Shown: positions 33,101 through 48,100 of the stretch, in pieces
Layout: each line of letters begins with the position of its first letter
Numbering within the stretch: the stretch's first letter is position 1
Source of the DNA: Octopus sinensis
Taxonomy: Eukaryota
Direction of reading: 5' to 3'
Length of the DNA: 64,000 nucleotides
NCBI RefSeq assembly: GCF_006345805.1
Contig: NC_042997.1
Location: 72,850,001-72,914,000, forward strand
Program-made: the position numbers and the translations under genes
Notes under the pieces: generated by a model
Databases searched by the model: none
Told to the model about the DNA's origin: nothing
The model's input: only the letters and a program-made list of their open reading frames with translations

Positions 33101-36100
33101 ACTAGAGAAGTAGTTTCGGGGGTGGAAGCAAGGTCTAGAATTGAAGGCCCTTAGCAGAAACCAAAGTCTTAGTAAGTAGGAAGGCAGACAAATCACAAAT
33201 CCCTTCAGGTAGATGGCCCTGCTCAATCTGTAGAAAAGGAGTAGGTAGAAACTCTATAAGATGTACCCAGTGTAAGCTATGAACACATAAGAGCAATATC
33301 AAAGGAAGGTTACCTGGGAAGATTGTTTTTGTGTGTGGAAGATGCACAGGTGCAAGAAACACCGAAAATGTACAGAAAACAGATCCCATTACAAGCCAAG
33401 GGAAAAACTAGAAGTAGTTGATAGCTTCCGTTACCTAGGTGACCAAGTCAGTAGCGGGGGTGGATGCTCTGAGAGCATAGCTGCTAGAATAAAAATGGGC
33501 TGGCAAAGTTCAGAGAGCTCCTACATCTGCTAGTAACAAAGGGCCTAAGTAAACTGTATTATGCCTGTGTGCAAACAGCCATACTAGACAGCAGTGAAAT
33601 ATGGGCTATAGCTGCTGAGGATATGAGTAGGCTTGAAAAAAAAATGAAGCTAGTATGATCTGCTGGATGTGTAATGTCAGTGTGCATGCATGACAAAGTG
33701 TAAGCATCCTGAGAGAAAAGTTGGACATAAGAAGCAATCATATGTGGTGTGCAAGAGAGATGACTACGCTGGTTTGGTCATGTGATGCTTATGGATGAGG
33801 ATAGCTATGTGAAGAAGTGTCATACCCTAACAGTGGAGGGAAACTGTGGAAGAGGTTGACCCAGAAAGACATGGGATGAGGTGGTGAAGCACAAACTTCA
33901 AACATTGGGCCTCACAGAGGCAATGACAAGCAGTCGAGACCTTTGGAAACATGAGAAGTCCCAGCAAGCCAAGTGAGATAAGCCGATGCCGGTGTTGCAT
34001 AACTGGCCTGTTTAAAAGCACCCTTCAATTGTCGGGTGATATGCTGTGCTTGTGAAGACTTATTGAACCAAGTGAAATCATAGTTGTGGCTGATGCCAGT
34101 GTGGGTTGACTGGCACCTGAGCTGGTGGCACATAAAGAGCACCATTCAAGCATGGCCAATACTAGTGGCACATAAAAAAGCACCATTTGAGGGTAGTTGA
34201 TGCCAGTGCCATTTGACTGGCACCCATGCCAGTGACATGTAAAAAGCACCCACTACATTCTCTGAGTGGTTGGTGTTAGGAAGGGCATCCAGCTGTTGAA
34301 ACCCTGCCAAATCAGATTGGAGCCTGGTGCAGCCATCTGGCTTACCAATTCTCAGTCAAACCGTCCAACCCATACCAGCATGGAAAGCAGACGTTAAATG
34401 ATGATGATATAAACAAATTAGAGGTTCTGGCTATGGAAAATGTTTGACTTACCAGATGCCAGCCACTGTCCTTTTGGATGAACAGATATACATCGTACCA
34501 TATTCTTGTGGCCTTTGTAAACCTAGAATGGGATCAAAATATATTTTATGAGCCTACAGTTAATGAATAAGATGACAATAAAGTCTTTCATGATCATAAA
34601 AACACAAAAACAAACGTTATCATCTCCAGTAATCAGTTTGACCACTATTATACGGTAAATGACAGGAATGTTCATTTCACAATTCGCTTTCAGCTAACAG
34701 CTACTAAAACATGTATGAAAGGAAAATGTCAACAAAAATCTACCACATGGGCATACATTTGAAACAATCACTAACAAATACAAAGTGATGGTCATGATTG
34801 GAATGCTTATAATAACTCTGCTCAATCAAGGACACCTGGGGTTAAACAACACTAGCCATCTTTCTGGCTGCATATGCACAAACTTTTGACTCATTTCAGT
34901 CAAGTCAATAGCAATTACTCAGAATTCTCACAACAGTGTCTGCCCATCCAAACTATCAAGCTACAGACCACCCAAACCCACTTTCCATTATCTTTACAAA
35001 GCAGGGTTCTTCGAACTGCAACCTCATGGAACTTACATTTTAAGTGCAATCATCAATCTACAAAATTAATATGCAGCTAACATTTGAGAAGGTATTCTTC
35101 TAAAATTGCTGCATATTTCATTAGCTGAAAGTTTTTAGTTCAACTTCTCCAGTGAGTATAGTTGAGTGTGGGAGAGTCTCAGAGAAGCTGCCTTATTCCA
35201 CAAAATGAAGATAAGAGTCAATTCTGTCCCTTGGGGAATAAGACTCACTTTTACAGCCAAATGTCATTTTAATAGATACTCACAAGTAAATCCAATAGAC
35301 CTTAGTGCTAGGTGAGGATCAATAGATGATGGAGAGGGAAATAGATAAAGATGACTAGGAAAATAATAATGATATGAATAATACAAATAACCCAAACAAT
35401 TGTGATCTTTTTCTAGTACCTGGTCAACTGCTTATAAGCATTTCACCAACCAATTTCATGTAGCCTACAACTTGATGTGGATTAAGGTTAGTTGTAGCAG
35501 AGCAGACCATACTAAAGTCTAGTTTGTGTTGTTTGGATGCAATAATTTGTTTGCAATACCCACAACAGACAAATCAATTTCATACAAGTATCATTTCCCA
35601 TTCAAGTATATGCAAAGATGATAATCATGGCAATATGATGAGAATTCCCAACACTTTCTATCTTTTCTAACAACTACTATACTTTGCCATACATTTCCAA
35701 ATATTATGCAGAAGAAATATCTCAACACCTAAAAAAAAAAAAACAGGTAGGATAAAATCCAGTATACTAAAAAGGAAGGATTGTTATAGACAGGCACAAA
35801 ACGATAAGAAGACGTGTACAATGTTAAACATCAAACTCACCACCGACTGAACAGTAGGAAAAGGCTGTAAATCTTTGGGTTTTGGTAAAGTTGGTAGAAG
35901 ATCTTGTGGATCCAAATCTTTCACCTGAGAAAAGAAATTACAAAAATAAACCAATATAATCATAAATGCTTTAATAATGTTAACAAGGCATTAAAGAATA
36001 AGGAACCTACTAGAATAGTCAAGTTTCTTTTAATCATTCTGACACATTCTTCAAACATGATGTTCATTATCATTTGTATGTTCACTCTTCCATGCTGGCA

Positions 36101-39100
36101 TAAGTTGAACCATAAAGATACAGCTAAGTAAGGACCTCTCGGTGAGAAATTCTGAGATAAAACCCATTTTCTTCTCATTTGCTCATAATAGAAAGCAAGG
36201 ATAACTAAGTAACTAGGGTACAGGACAGACAGCCAGGAAGTCATTCATTAGCATCAAATTGTTAATGACCAAAAAAGGACAACTTCAAATGTGTGTCAAT
36301 CAACTTACAAGGAAAAGATTCATTGAATGTACAATAGAAAAATGATGCTTCTCCTCATCATCATCATCATTTAACAGCCATTTTCCATGCTGGCATGGGT
36401 TGGATAGTTTGACTGGAGCTAGTAACGACAGGGGCCAAACCAGGCTCTATTGTCAGTTCTGGCATGGTTTCTATGGCTGGATGCCCTTCCTAATACCAAC
36501 CACTCCATAAAGTGTATTGAGTGCTTTTTATGTGAGCATCAGTATCAATTCTGCAAAGATGCCAGATATCTTGGTCCTTTCTAAATGTTTTTGCAATGTT
36601 CTCATCTCCATCTCCACCCAGTATATCTGATGAAGAGACCATCTCTAATAAAAGGAACAATTCAAACAGAAATGCTGATGAGATAAATTTGGTTTAATAT
36701 TCGATGGAGGATAAAATGAAATTGAAATGATAGTTAAATCTGCCCAGACCTCTCAAGGTTACTTGGATTTCAATATGACAAAAGACTGAAATTATGCAAT
36801 GACTTTTATAGAAATAAAAAGCAACAAAAACTGTGTCTGACTGCCTTTCCAGTGCTGTAGCAATCATCGTCTTCCTTTTTCTTTTCCAATTGTGCAAAAC
36901 TTAGAGATAGAATTTACTATGGTGGGCAACTGATTTCATGAGTAGTTAGTGCCTCAAAAATTAACAGTGCTACATTTCAATCTTTTATAGGCAAAATACA
37001 TGCAACAAAGAAATGACCAGTCACAGTGACATTAGTACCAAATTAAACAAGATTGGTTGTGAAATTAGTCTTACTCATGAAGCATCAACAATTAAAGTCA
37101 GACAAAGTGATCAAAATTCTGAAAAACCAACTATTTCTCAGACTAAAATATACCTTATGAAGAGATTTGCAGTTTGACAAAGCAATAATAGAGACACTAT
37201 AATTGTATTTTCAGTAATATATTGGGCGAAATTCAAGACTTACAAAGGCAAAGTTGAAGCAGGAAAGCTGTCATGGCAAGAGTAACAATAAAAATATGTG
37301 TAAAAAATTTTGAGAGAGAATAATGTGAGTAATGTAGCCATCACATGCAGCCAGATATGACATTGTATCAGCATGCACAATGCCTTTTGCTGATGTTAGG
37401 TGGCCATGTAGTTGCCAGCAGACAAAGAGGTTCTATCAGTGCCACTCATATATCAGAAGCAGATTCATGACATAACAGCTGAAGAGAGGGTTGTACCCTA
37501 GCACTTGACTGGTACTTTATTCTATTGACTCAAGAAGGATGAATAGCTAAGTGGGCTTCAGCAGGATTTGAGCTCAGAATGTAAAAGCCTGAAGAAATAT
37601 TGGTTTCAAATTTTGGCACAGTCAGTTTTGAGGGGGTATGTTGATATCAATTACATCAATCCCAGTGCTCAACTGGAACTCATTTTATTGACTCCAATAG
37701 GATGAAAGGCAAAGTTGACCATGGTGGAATTTGACAGAACATAAAGCCAGAAGAAATGTCAATATGCATTTTGCTAAAGATTTTGTCAGTTCACTGCCTT
37801 AATGCCTGAGAAAAAATTGCAAGGTAATTTTAATGATTTTACAAATTCACAACTTTGAGAGAATAATATAATAAAAGAATAACATTATAATGTTACTTGA
37901 CAGAAATTTTACCTTCATAACCTTCTTCCTGGGACACAAATAGAGATCAAGGCATCTTTCAAACCGTTCTTCAATAAATCTAGAGTAACCAGGTAACAAA
38001 CGCAGTGAAGTATACTTCTGAGGAAGAAACTTCATTCGCCTTTCATATGGTTCCTTAGCTCTCCATGCTTCCTCTTCCTCTGGTGTTAAGATATATTCAG
38101 GAGGTGGATTATAAGACTCTGCATGACCAGGTAATGCCAGCTTGGGGGCAGCAATGTGATGTCTGAAACGTTTGTTTAGCTCTTGCTAAAAGACATAAAA
38201 ATAACAACAAAATCATCAGCAGACTCCAGCAATTAGCCACCCACTCATTGTTTCATAAAGATATAAAAGACAGTTATTAATCACTGTTATCCGTTAACAA
38301 CTACCAAAACTACATAAAATACTTTATGCAAGATGAGATATCCATGTAAATAAAGAAAAAACCTCATAACAGATCATATAAATTAGATGTAAATAGTGGT
38401 ATTTACTTCTTCATTGTCCTTCCACATCATGTAAAATGTTCGATTTAATTCCTCATCATCTGGATCTTTCCGAGGTGGCTTAGGCTTTAGCCAACCCATT
38501 TTGATAGCATGTACCATCTGCCCCACCTATGAGTGAAAGACAAATATATAATCATGAAACAGTAAAATAATTCTGTTGTAAGAACTGTTTATTAGCAGAG
38601 ATAGGAAAGCACTAGATCAACCTCCACACCACAAGAAACAAACTCAAGATGCATTCAAAAGTCTTTACAAGTTGAAATATGTCCAAATCATGTGAACTGA
38701 TTTTAAGTTTGATTACTTTTAATCACTTCTTTGCACAACTACTTACATATTCATTACAGCCTGGTAATGAATTTACAAAAGTTTTAAAAAGCTAAAGCTT
38801 TCCTGTCAGCTCAGAGTTGCATCTCTTGGTATCTGGACTGAAGACAGCTAACATGCTAAAAATGCATTTACCAGTTCACAGAGGGTGTTTTTATACTCTT
38901 TTATCTAAAGCAAGAATTTCTTCTTCACAATAAAATAGAGTGAAAAAGCCTTTACATGTTGAAACATGGCTCAAATATATTTGAATTTTAGTGAAAACAA
39001 AATTAAAGAAGAGACATGTAAACATGACACCATGTTGTAAATATAACTGAGCTTTTGAAACCTACACAAAAATCAAAGATAAGACATACCATAATTACTG

Positions 39101-42100
39101 CTGAAAATTGTATAGAAATATTGTTAAACTTGAGTATCAGACATTGTTTTTAGCAGGGGAAATTAATATTTTTGGTAGCAGATAGCTTATTCTATCATTT
39201 GGGTTTATGGGATTGTAAGGAAAACTAAGTCATTGGGCTTAAGATTTCAGCAAAATTAGTCTGAAATGAAACCAAATACAATCTGTACAAAAAACAGCAG
39301 CAGCCGCCACTGGCAGGCAAGACAACTTGCTTCCACCTCATTATGTGAGATGTTGCCAAAACTAATGCAAAAACGACTAATACTTCTGCATTATCTACTC
39401 TTTCTTCACACTAAAATATATATATCACTGAGAGTTACAATTCATAATTGATGTGTAAAACTGAATTCAAAGTCTGTAGTAGAAAAAAATTAAGCAGGAA
39501 ATATTTCTACAACATGTGTAACATGAATAGAATAAAAGGAGAAACAAAAGACGTAAATTGCTTACTTTGAGTCTTTCCCATTTGGAAGGAATAAAACTGC
39601 GTTTGTCTGGTGGTCTATTAGTAACAGGATGCTTTATAGTTTTATAAGTGAAGAAATCAATCCAAGGCTGTAAAGAGAAAAAGATGAAAATAGAATACTC
39701 TGGGGTCTCAAATACCCCCCCCCCACACACCTTTATTCCAATTCCCCCTTGCCTATTAAATTTTGCTAATCTATTTCCGGTGGAATTTTATTGTAAGCTA
39801 TTCATATTGATACAATAGCTGGAGAATCTGATAATTCTATTTTACGTTAAAAACACATATATATATATGTAACATTAACAAAAAGAACATTACAAGTAAT
39901 ACTATATGTTATAAAATAAATAGAATATATAAACTAAATAACTAATTCTGGTTTCAGAAAAATATCAAAGGTGACAGCCTAGAAAATTTTACATAATGAT
40001 TTCTCATTTAGGCACAAAGATAACAATTTGTGGGGAGGGACAAGTGGATTAAAGTGGCCAAGTATATTACTGGTGCTTCATTTTATTGACCCTGTAGGGA
40101 TGAAAGGTAAAGCTAACCTCAGTGGGATTGAACTCAAAATGTAAAGGGTCATAACTCTATGCAGCAAGGCATGTTGCCCAATGCCAGCAATTTGAAGGGA
40201 AAGGGAAAGTCAATTAAACTGACTCCCATTACTAATACAAAGCAACAAACTCTGGGGAATTCATTATTATTTTGACTGACACAAATTGAAAATCAGTATG
40301 GCAAAAGAAAAAGAAAATGACAGAAATGGGAAGAAAACCTGGAGTGTTCTATTTGTTTTCATAATGCATGGAAGAAAAATATAGCCGTCAATATTTTAGG
40401 GCATTGATAACTTTCAATCTTAAGCAGATCAATCATCTCACCTGCTTCAGGACACATAGAAAACAAGGAAATTGCTGTCAGAAAATATGCTTTACAACCA
40501 GCCAAAGTTTATAAAGACTTGAGGCTGCCCCTGTCTGTAACATACATGTGAGTGTACTGCTACTCCACACTGTAGTCAACAAAGTTTCATTTCCAATTTC
40601 TCTACCAATTACCAACACAAATACCACACAAACTAAGAACTTTAATGATGAAGTGTTTATCCTTACAGAATAAGGATTTAACATCAACACGACTCAAGTA
40701 ATTTCTTTTTGAACTTTTTCATAAGATCATGTCAGAGAAAAGAGTATTTCGTAGTGAGATGTATGGAAATTATTCTATAGAAAAGCAAGCACTTGCTATC
40801 ATGGTGAACAAATGCAAGGAGTATGATTCTGAATTAGAGCAAATGAAAGGGAAAACTCATTGGGATGCTAAAAGGAAACGTCATGTTGCAGGCACCCAGA
40901 AATAAGGATATCTCACCAAAGCAGTTCATTTGTTTTACTCGAATTTGGCCAGTGTCAAAAACTCTGATCGTCCATTTGATTCTACTGTTAAAGTAGCCAA
41001 GCGCTGCTATGAAAAATATTTGAAAGGCAAACTTGACAACACTGAAAAAAGTCCAAAGAAACACTACAGAGTTGCTGGAGGAGGTCGTAAAACAAAAGCA
41101 CCAGCTAAGAGAGATGCCTTGTTTGAATGGTTTGTTAAAACATCGCTGCATGCGAGATTACCACAAACTCTTTTCCTATTACAGGCTGAAAAATTTTATG
41201 AGAAGCAGAGGATTTGCCAACACCCCAACATACCAACTGAGGAAAAGCTTTGTTTTTCAAAAAGCTGGAGGAAAGGTTGGCAGAAAGAGTATAGGGTATC
41301 ACTGAAATTTCCAAACAAATGCATTTCAATCTCCAAAGAGCAATGTGTTGAGTGCATTCAGGATTATTTGAAGATCATATAGAGTGCGTGTCCTTATTTC
41401 TTCGACAAATTTGGCCTAGATCCTCCTAATTATCAATGGAGATCAAATGCCCTTACAACAGAATGGAAGTAGCGGACAAGCTACCTTATCATTCAGAAAT
41501 CAAGATACGTTCATCAAAGAAAACCACCATTTGTCTAAGGAACATATCACAGTGTTCACCCAGGTTAGCAATGATACCAAAATCAATCTTATCTCAGAGT
41601 TTGTATTTAAAGGAACTGGTAAAAGACCACCACTATTAAATGCCTTGCCTACAATGAAATATCAATGGTCTCCTAAAGGTTCTTATAGATTAGAACAGCT
41701 GCTCTGTACTATTGAAAAACTTCCAAACTGATTCAATGTTTTCAAATGCAAACTTTGCCATCTATGTGCTAGGTGATTAAATGGTGCATTCGATGCTAGA
41801 GGTGAGAGACGCCCAGTGGGAAAGGCGTTATGTGCTAGTCGTCATCGGCGGTGCTATCACCAGATTTGTTCAAGTTAATGACATGCAGTTGCACAAACAA
41901 CTGAAAGCAAAATATTGCAAAATAAAGAAAGCAAAGAATATAGAAAAGTTAGTTCAAACTCTGAATAAAATACCCACACCCAATCAATCCAAGATAATGA
42001 TGATGCTACATCAAGCACATGCAGATTGTAAGACTGATTCAAGTCAACATGGGCCACAAACACTTTCAATGGCTCTGAAGATTATAAGGTGTCAGACACT

Positions 42101-45100
42101 TTTCTTGCCATATTGAAACCGAGAAACCTGCAGAAGGACAGTGACAAAAAAATCCCAAGTCTATCATTTATACCTATTTACAGAGTGCTATGTTTTATGT
42201 ATAGAATAATAAATACTGCAAGTTTACGAAACAGTAATTATACTCTTTTCAGTTTGATTTACTTTTCTTTCTTTTTAAGACATGTTGCTTGTATAGCATT
42301 AAAAAAAAAATCCCATAATTACTATAATTAACAAATATCTTAACAAAAATGAAGCACACACGTGCTAATTTCACTAGCCTCTTGTTAATTTATTTTGCCT
42401 TGTTGTGTCGTTATATATGCTTTAAGATGCTTTTTCCCTAATTTTTGCACATACACAATACAGTTATTGATTCCCACCAACCCGCTTATTCCAGCACCTC
42501 CACCTATTATTTGAGACTCGAGAGTAAATGACTAGTTAAAAAAAAATCAAGGGAGACAACCTACAACATTTTAAAATTTTATATAGTTACCGATTTTCCA
42601 CCACCCTGTTTATTCTACTCACCCGCTTATAAGAATTTAAGCAAATGTCCAACCCCACCTGTTATTTGGGACCTGAGAATAAGATAAATCAAATCAAGGT
42701 GGCTTAATAGATCAACACACAGAACATCAGTTAATTTCAAGTTTTGAATTTGACACTGTAGTATTACACCACATCTAACTCAGTTATGACACACCACATC
42801 ATGCATATACAAATGCAAACTTGTTCATCATCGTCTCCCAGGCAATAACAGAGGAATTCAAGACAGGCTGTCCCTGGGAGTTCCTCTATGCTGATGACCT
42901 TGCTCTTATAACTAAATTACTACCAGGTATGGAAGCAAGGTCTAGAATCAAAGGGCCTTAAATTTAACTTAGGAAAAACCAAAGTGTAAATAAGTAGGAA
43001 GGCAGATAAATCACAAATCCCTTCAGGTAGATGGCCCTGCTCGATCTTTAGAAAAGGTGTAGGTGGAAACTCCATAAGATGCACTCAGTGTAAGCTATGG
43101 ACACATAAAAGGTGCAGCAATATCAGAGGAAGGTTAACATGTAAACTAGCTTTTGCAAGTGGAAGATGCACAGGTACAATAAATGATGAAAATGTTCAGA
43201 AAACAGGCTCCATCAACTGCCGGGGGTGGGTGGGGGCAGCTAGAGGTAGTAGATAACTTCCGTTATCTAGGTGACCAAGTTAGTAGTGGAGGTGAATGCT
43301 CTGAGAGCAAAGCTGTGAGAATAAGATTAAGCACCTACCTCTGCTGGCAACAAAGGGCCTCTCTCTCAGAGTGAAAGGCAGATTATTTGATGCCTTCGAG
43401 CAAACAACTATGCTGCATGGCAGTAAAACATGGGCTGCGACAGCCAAGAACATGCGTAGGCTTGAAAGAAATGAAGCCAGTATGCTTCATTGGATGTGCA
43501 GTGTCAGTGTGCATGTTCGACAGAGTATAAGCATCTTGAGAGAAAAGCTAGGTATAAGATGTGGTGTGCAAGAGAGATGACTATGTTGGTATGGTCATGT
43601 GATGCATATGGACGTGGATAGTTGTGAAAAAGAAGTGCCAATCCCTAACTGTTGAGGGAACCTGTGGTAGAGGTAGACCCAGGAAAACATGGGATGAGGT
43701 GGTGAAGCATGATCTTCGAACTTTGAGCCTCACAGAGGCATATGACTAATGATTGAGACCTTTGGTGAAGTGCTGTGCTTGAGAGGACCTGTTAAGCCAA
43801 GTGTACCCATGCTGGTGGCACGTAAAGCATTGGGCCTCATGGAAGCAAAGTGGCTGAGTTCCTTTTGAGCATTGGGCGCCACAGAAGAAAAGTAGCTGAG
43901 TTCCTTTTGAGTGTTGGAAGTAATGACTGAGGCCTTTGGCATTATGTCATGCTTAAGAACACCTATCAAGCAGAACAAAATCGCAGCTGTAGCAGATATC
44001 GGTGTCACACAAATTGTCACCCATGCCAGTGACATGTAAAAGCACCCTGGTGTTAAACAAATGGCACCCATGCCAGTGACATGTAAAAGTACCCATTACA
44101 CTCTCGGAGTGTTTGGAGTTAGGAAGGGCATCTAGCCACAGACAACCATGCCAAATCAGACTGGAGTCTGGTGCAGTCCAGTCAAACTGTCCACTCCATG
44201 CCAGCATGGATAATGGATGTGAAATGATGATGATGATGAAGAAACTTATGTAAGTACAAAACTTAAAAATCAGTGAAGTTGAAGTCTCAAAGTATTTATT
44301 ATAGCACAATTTGAAACAAGTTCTAGAAGTACTTACAGCAAAAGGATCCACTTCTTTGTTGGGGTGTTTGCCTCGCTGTAATCTTTTGATAATTCCTATG
44401 TCAGCATCACTAAGAACAACTTTCTGACCAGTTAGTTTATTACTCACAGTTCTCCTGAAAGACAAGTTTCAAACAATAAATGAAGCATGGATGTAAAACC
44501 TTTGTATCCTTGTCCAACTTTAACCAGTCAGTTATCTGGTTGTTTTTCTCTTCTTTCACACTGTTTAACATACCAACTGTGTTATGATCGCTATGATTTC
44601 TTAGTTGATAGCAGAACACTGAACCAAATTAAAATGGAAGAGCAAACTGGTGGTTTTCCAGCTCTGAGATTTTAAATTCACTTAAATGACAGATTTTAAA
44701 GAATCATGCATTAAGTACAATCTTAGTAGTCTTAATCTGAAGATAATAACAATCAAATTCTTACACAAACTTTTAACTTACAACATTACATCATCATCTA
44801 TTAACATTCATTTTCCATGCTGGCACAGACTAGATGGTTTGACAGAATGCAGCAAGCTCCCCCCCTCCACACACACAAGGACTACATTGGGCTACAGTTC
44901 AAGCTTTGGTTTTTACAGTTGAATGCCTTTCCTACACCAACCTATACAGACTACACAAAAATATTAGACACAGAATTTGAATTCAAACTCTATAATTAGT
45001 AGAGTACTAATTCTCTATCACAAAACATGTGAAAATCTAGGTACTGTCCCTCTCTATCCATAGAGTGACTAGCATAACACAGATCAATCTATAGTACACA

Positions 45101-48100
45101 TTATAACAACTACCAATATCACAACCATTAACCCTTTTGATACCAACCTGGCTGAAATTGCCCCTGGCTCTGTAGTGCAAATGTCTTGTTTTCAAAGTTC
45201 TGAATTAGAATCTTCCACCAAACCTTAGTCACAATTTATGTTCCTAATACTAGCTTAATGATAACTAAGTTATTTTACTAAATTCTTTATAATATTTAAA
45301 ATTAATTGAAAAAAACACAGAGCATCTCAACAGAAATATGGTAACAAGAGGGTTAATAACAGTTGTACATTCATCTAGACAGGTCTGCAACACTTATATT
45401 CTAATCCTACAATATACCAAATAACATGAAAGCCTCTATGTTGCAGCTCAACCTGATGGTAACAGCCACAGCTTCATTGAGAATATCAGCGAAGTCATGA
45501 TTGGAACATCATTAATCAGAGTTGTACAATCAGAGCAGACTTGGAAGTAAACAAGATAGAGATAAAAAATAAAAGTAGAGTTTGAAACCAGAATACACTA
45601 AATTCGTAAGTTCAAACTTTACAATAGAATTTGTATTGTGCAAGGACGAAGTAATAATTTTTGCTCCGTTTCTCAATTTTAGTATTTTAGTGCAGTCTGT
45701 CACTGTCATAACAGTGAACTCTACTGCTATGGCAGTATTCACCTACAGCTAATGAAACATTGTGTCTATGAAGAGTTAAATGTTAACCATGGATACAGTG
45801 CAGTGTGTTTAATTTACACTTCTAGCTGTGAAACTCTGTTTTGTGCACACTCATACAATAAACACAAACATAAAAATACTGTTTAATATATATTGTGTGT
45901 GTGAGAGAGAGAACTAAGGCAGTTTTAATTACTCTTTTTCAGTTACTTAAAAGTTACATAATAAAAAATATTGTGGAGACCAAATTTAAGTGAAAAAGTA
46001 GTAACTCACCAATAATTGGGGTCATCCAATTTTTCAAGGAAATTATCAAGCTCATCTCCATGAACAGGTTTCTTAATCTTGTGTCCATCTAGATTATAGC
46101 CTATATGTTCATAGTCATCATACCACTGCATAGGAATGTTGCCCACTGTGTTACGAATATCCTAAAATGGTGGAAAAGAAACGAAATATCAGTAAGAACA
46201 GGATTGTGCATGTGAGGTGAATGGCACAACTCACTGAGCTGCAGCTGAACCACCCACAGAGAGTGAACAAAGCCAAGAAGAAATATGAATCTTGGATATG
46301 GACACAATTTAGTGCTGACAACAAGATATACATTGCAGATCACTCAACCAACAAACAGTAACACCAAACATGTTAAATTTTAAAAAACACAACTGACTCA
46401 CCTCTTCATCAGAAGAATCTTCATCATATTCATCAACAGCTGCAGAAGAATCTAATAATTGTGAAACAACAGTGTTTTCTTTATTTTCTTGCTTCCTAAT
46501 ATTGTCTGATATTTTATTGGAGTGGTCCTTGGAAGTTGGCTGGTTTTTAACAAACGTTTTACTCTTTCCTGCATCACTAGTGTTTGGCTGAATTTCTTTG
46601 ACATTTATTCCATCTTCAGTATTACTACTATTGACTCTGGAAGTAGCCTTTTCCTCAACATCAGCAACATCCTCCTCGCTGCTGACATTCTCAAAAGCAC
46701 CTATTTCCTCCTCATCATCATCATCACTATTGTCTTTGTTGCTCTCGTTGAAAATATGTTCATCTTTATCAGATCCTTCCTCCTAAAAAAGAGAAAAAGA
46801 AAAAAATTAATAACTGCACAAGAATAAAACAACTGAGGAATAATTCTGTTGTTTCATTGTTTTACATATGTTGACATGGGTAGAATTGCAAGCAAAAGGA
46901 ATTCAATAAAGTGACACCTATATATAAGCAGACTGTGGAATTCAGTAATGTATCTTACCAAGATCTGATAAGCAGCTGAGCACCTTTAACATTCCATTAA
47001 TATACTTTATCTGTACAGCAGGTTGACTGGGTTGATTTATTCATGTAGATGTAACTTGGTATCCATAAACAGGCACTAAACTTAGGAACTTTTTCTTGTA
47101 GTGGTACATGAACTTTTGGTTAAACTACAATTCCTAACAGAAGACATCAATGGCTGCAATATTCAGTAAGATGATGTAGAAGCTTCTAACTACCACATTC
47201 ATTCACTCAACACTATTAAATGATAATTACTCTTTATGCAATTTTTTCCCTTTCTTTCATCAGGTTAACTAGTGGGAGCCATGGAAATTCCACAAAATGA
47301 AAAAGATTAGGAGAAGCTATTTAAAAAAGGATGATTTTTTATTTTTATTTTGCTATGTTATTTCACTTCCAGTCATGATATATTCTATGCTTTTTAAAAT
47401 TTCCCTCTGCTGAGCACTTTATAGTTCACTCTTTCTCTTCACCTCTCACTTCCACTAACCACAGTAGTGACAGCATAATGCATTGGCTGATTTCTGTTCT
47501 CTCAGATTCACTCTTCCTTCCTCTCTCTGACTTAACCTTCTCTTCTCTAACTAAAGTGTAAAGTGTTACCAGACAGGTAAAAGGATATTAGAGATTTAGT
47601 TCAATAACAAAATACTCTTCACTATCAACACCATAGTTTTCAGTAACAAAGCTCATTTCAGTTCAGCTGTTTGTCTATATCTTTTTCTTCCTGTCAATGT
47701 ATCTCTATGCTATCTACCTCTCTCTCTTCTAATGTAACTGTCTTCCCTGTCCATCTTTCTATCAGCCTTTCTTTAACCTCACCACCAGAACATCATTCAA
47801 CATCCGTTGTCTATGCTGGCATAAGTTGGACAGTTTGACTGGGCTGGCACTCTGAAAGGCTGCACCAGACTCCAGTCTAATTTGGCATGGTTTTCTGCAG
47901 CTGGATGCCCTTCTCAATGCCAACCACTCTGAGAGTGTAATGAATGCTTTTACTTGCCACCAGTATGAGTGCCATTTGCATGACAGTGCGGTGCATTTAT
48001 GTGCTACACTACCCCCCACCCACTCTCACTTTTACCCCACCTCTCTAATTGACTAATGTCAGAAATACTTGGCTAAGGATAAACCACAATTCCTGGTAGT

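Noticed and set aside
46162-46401. H/ACA snoRNA in the short, relatively GC-rich BOP1 intron 3
   Set aside because: Several hairpins and an ACA can be drawn, but there is no ANANNA box in a hinge position.
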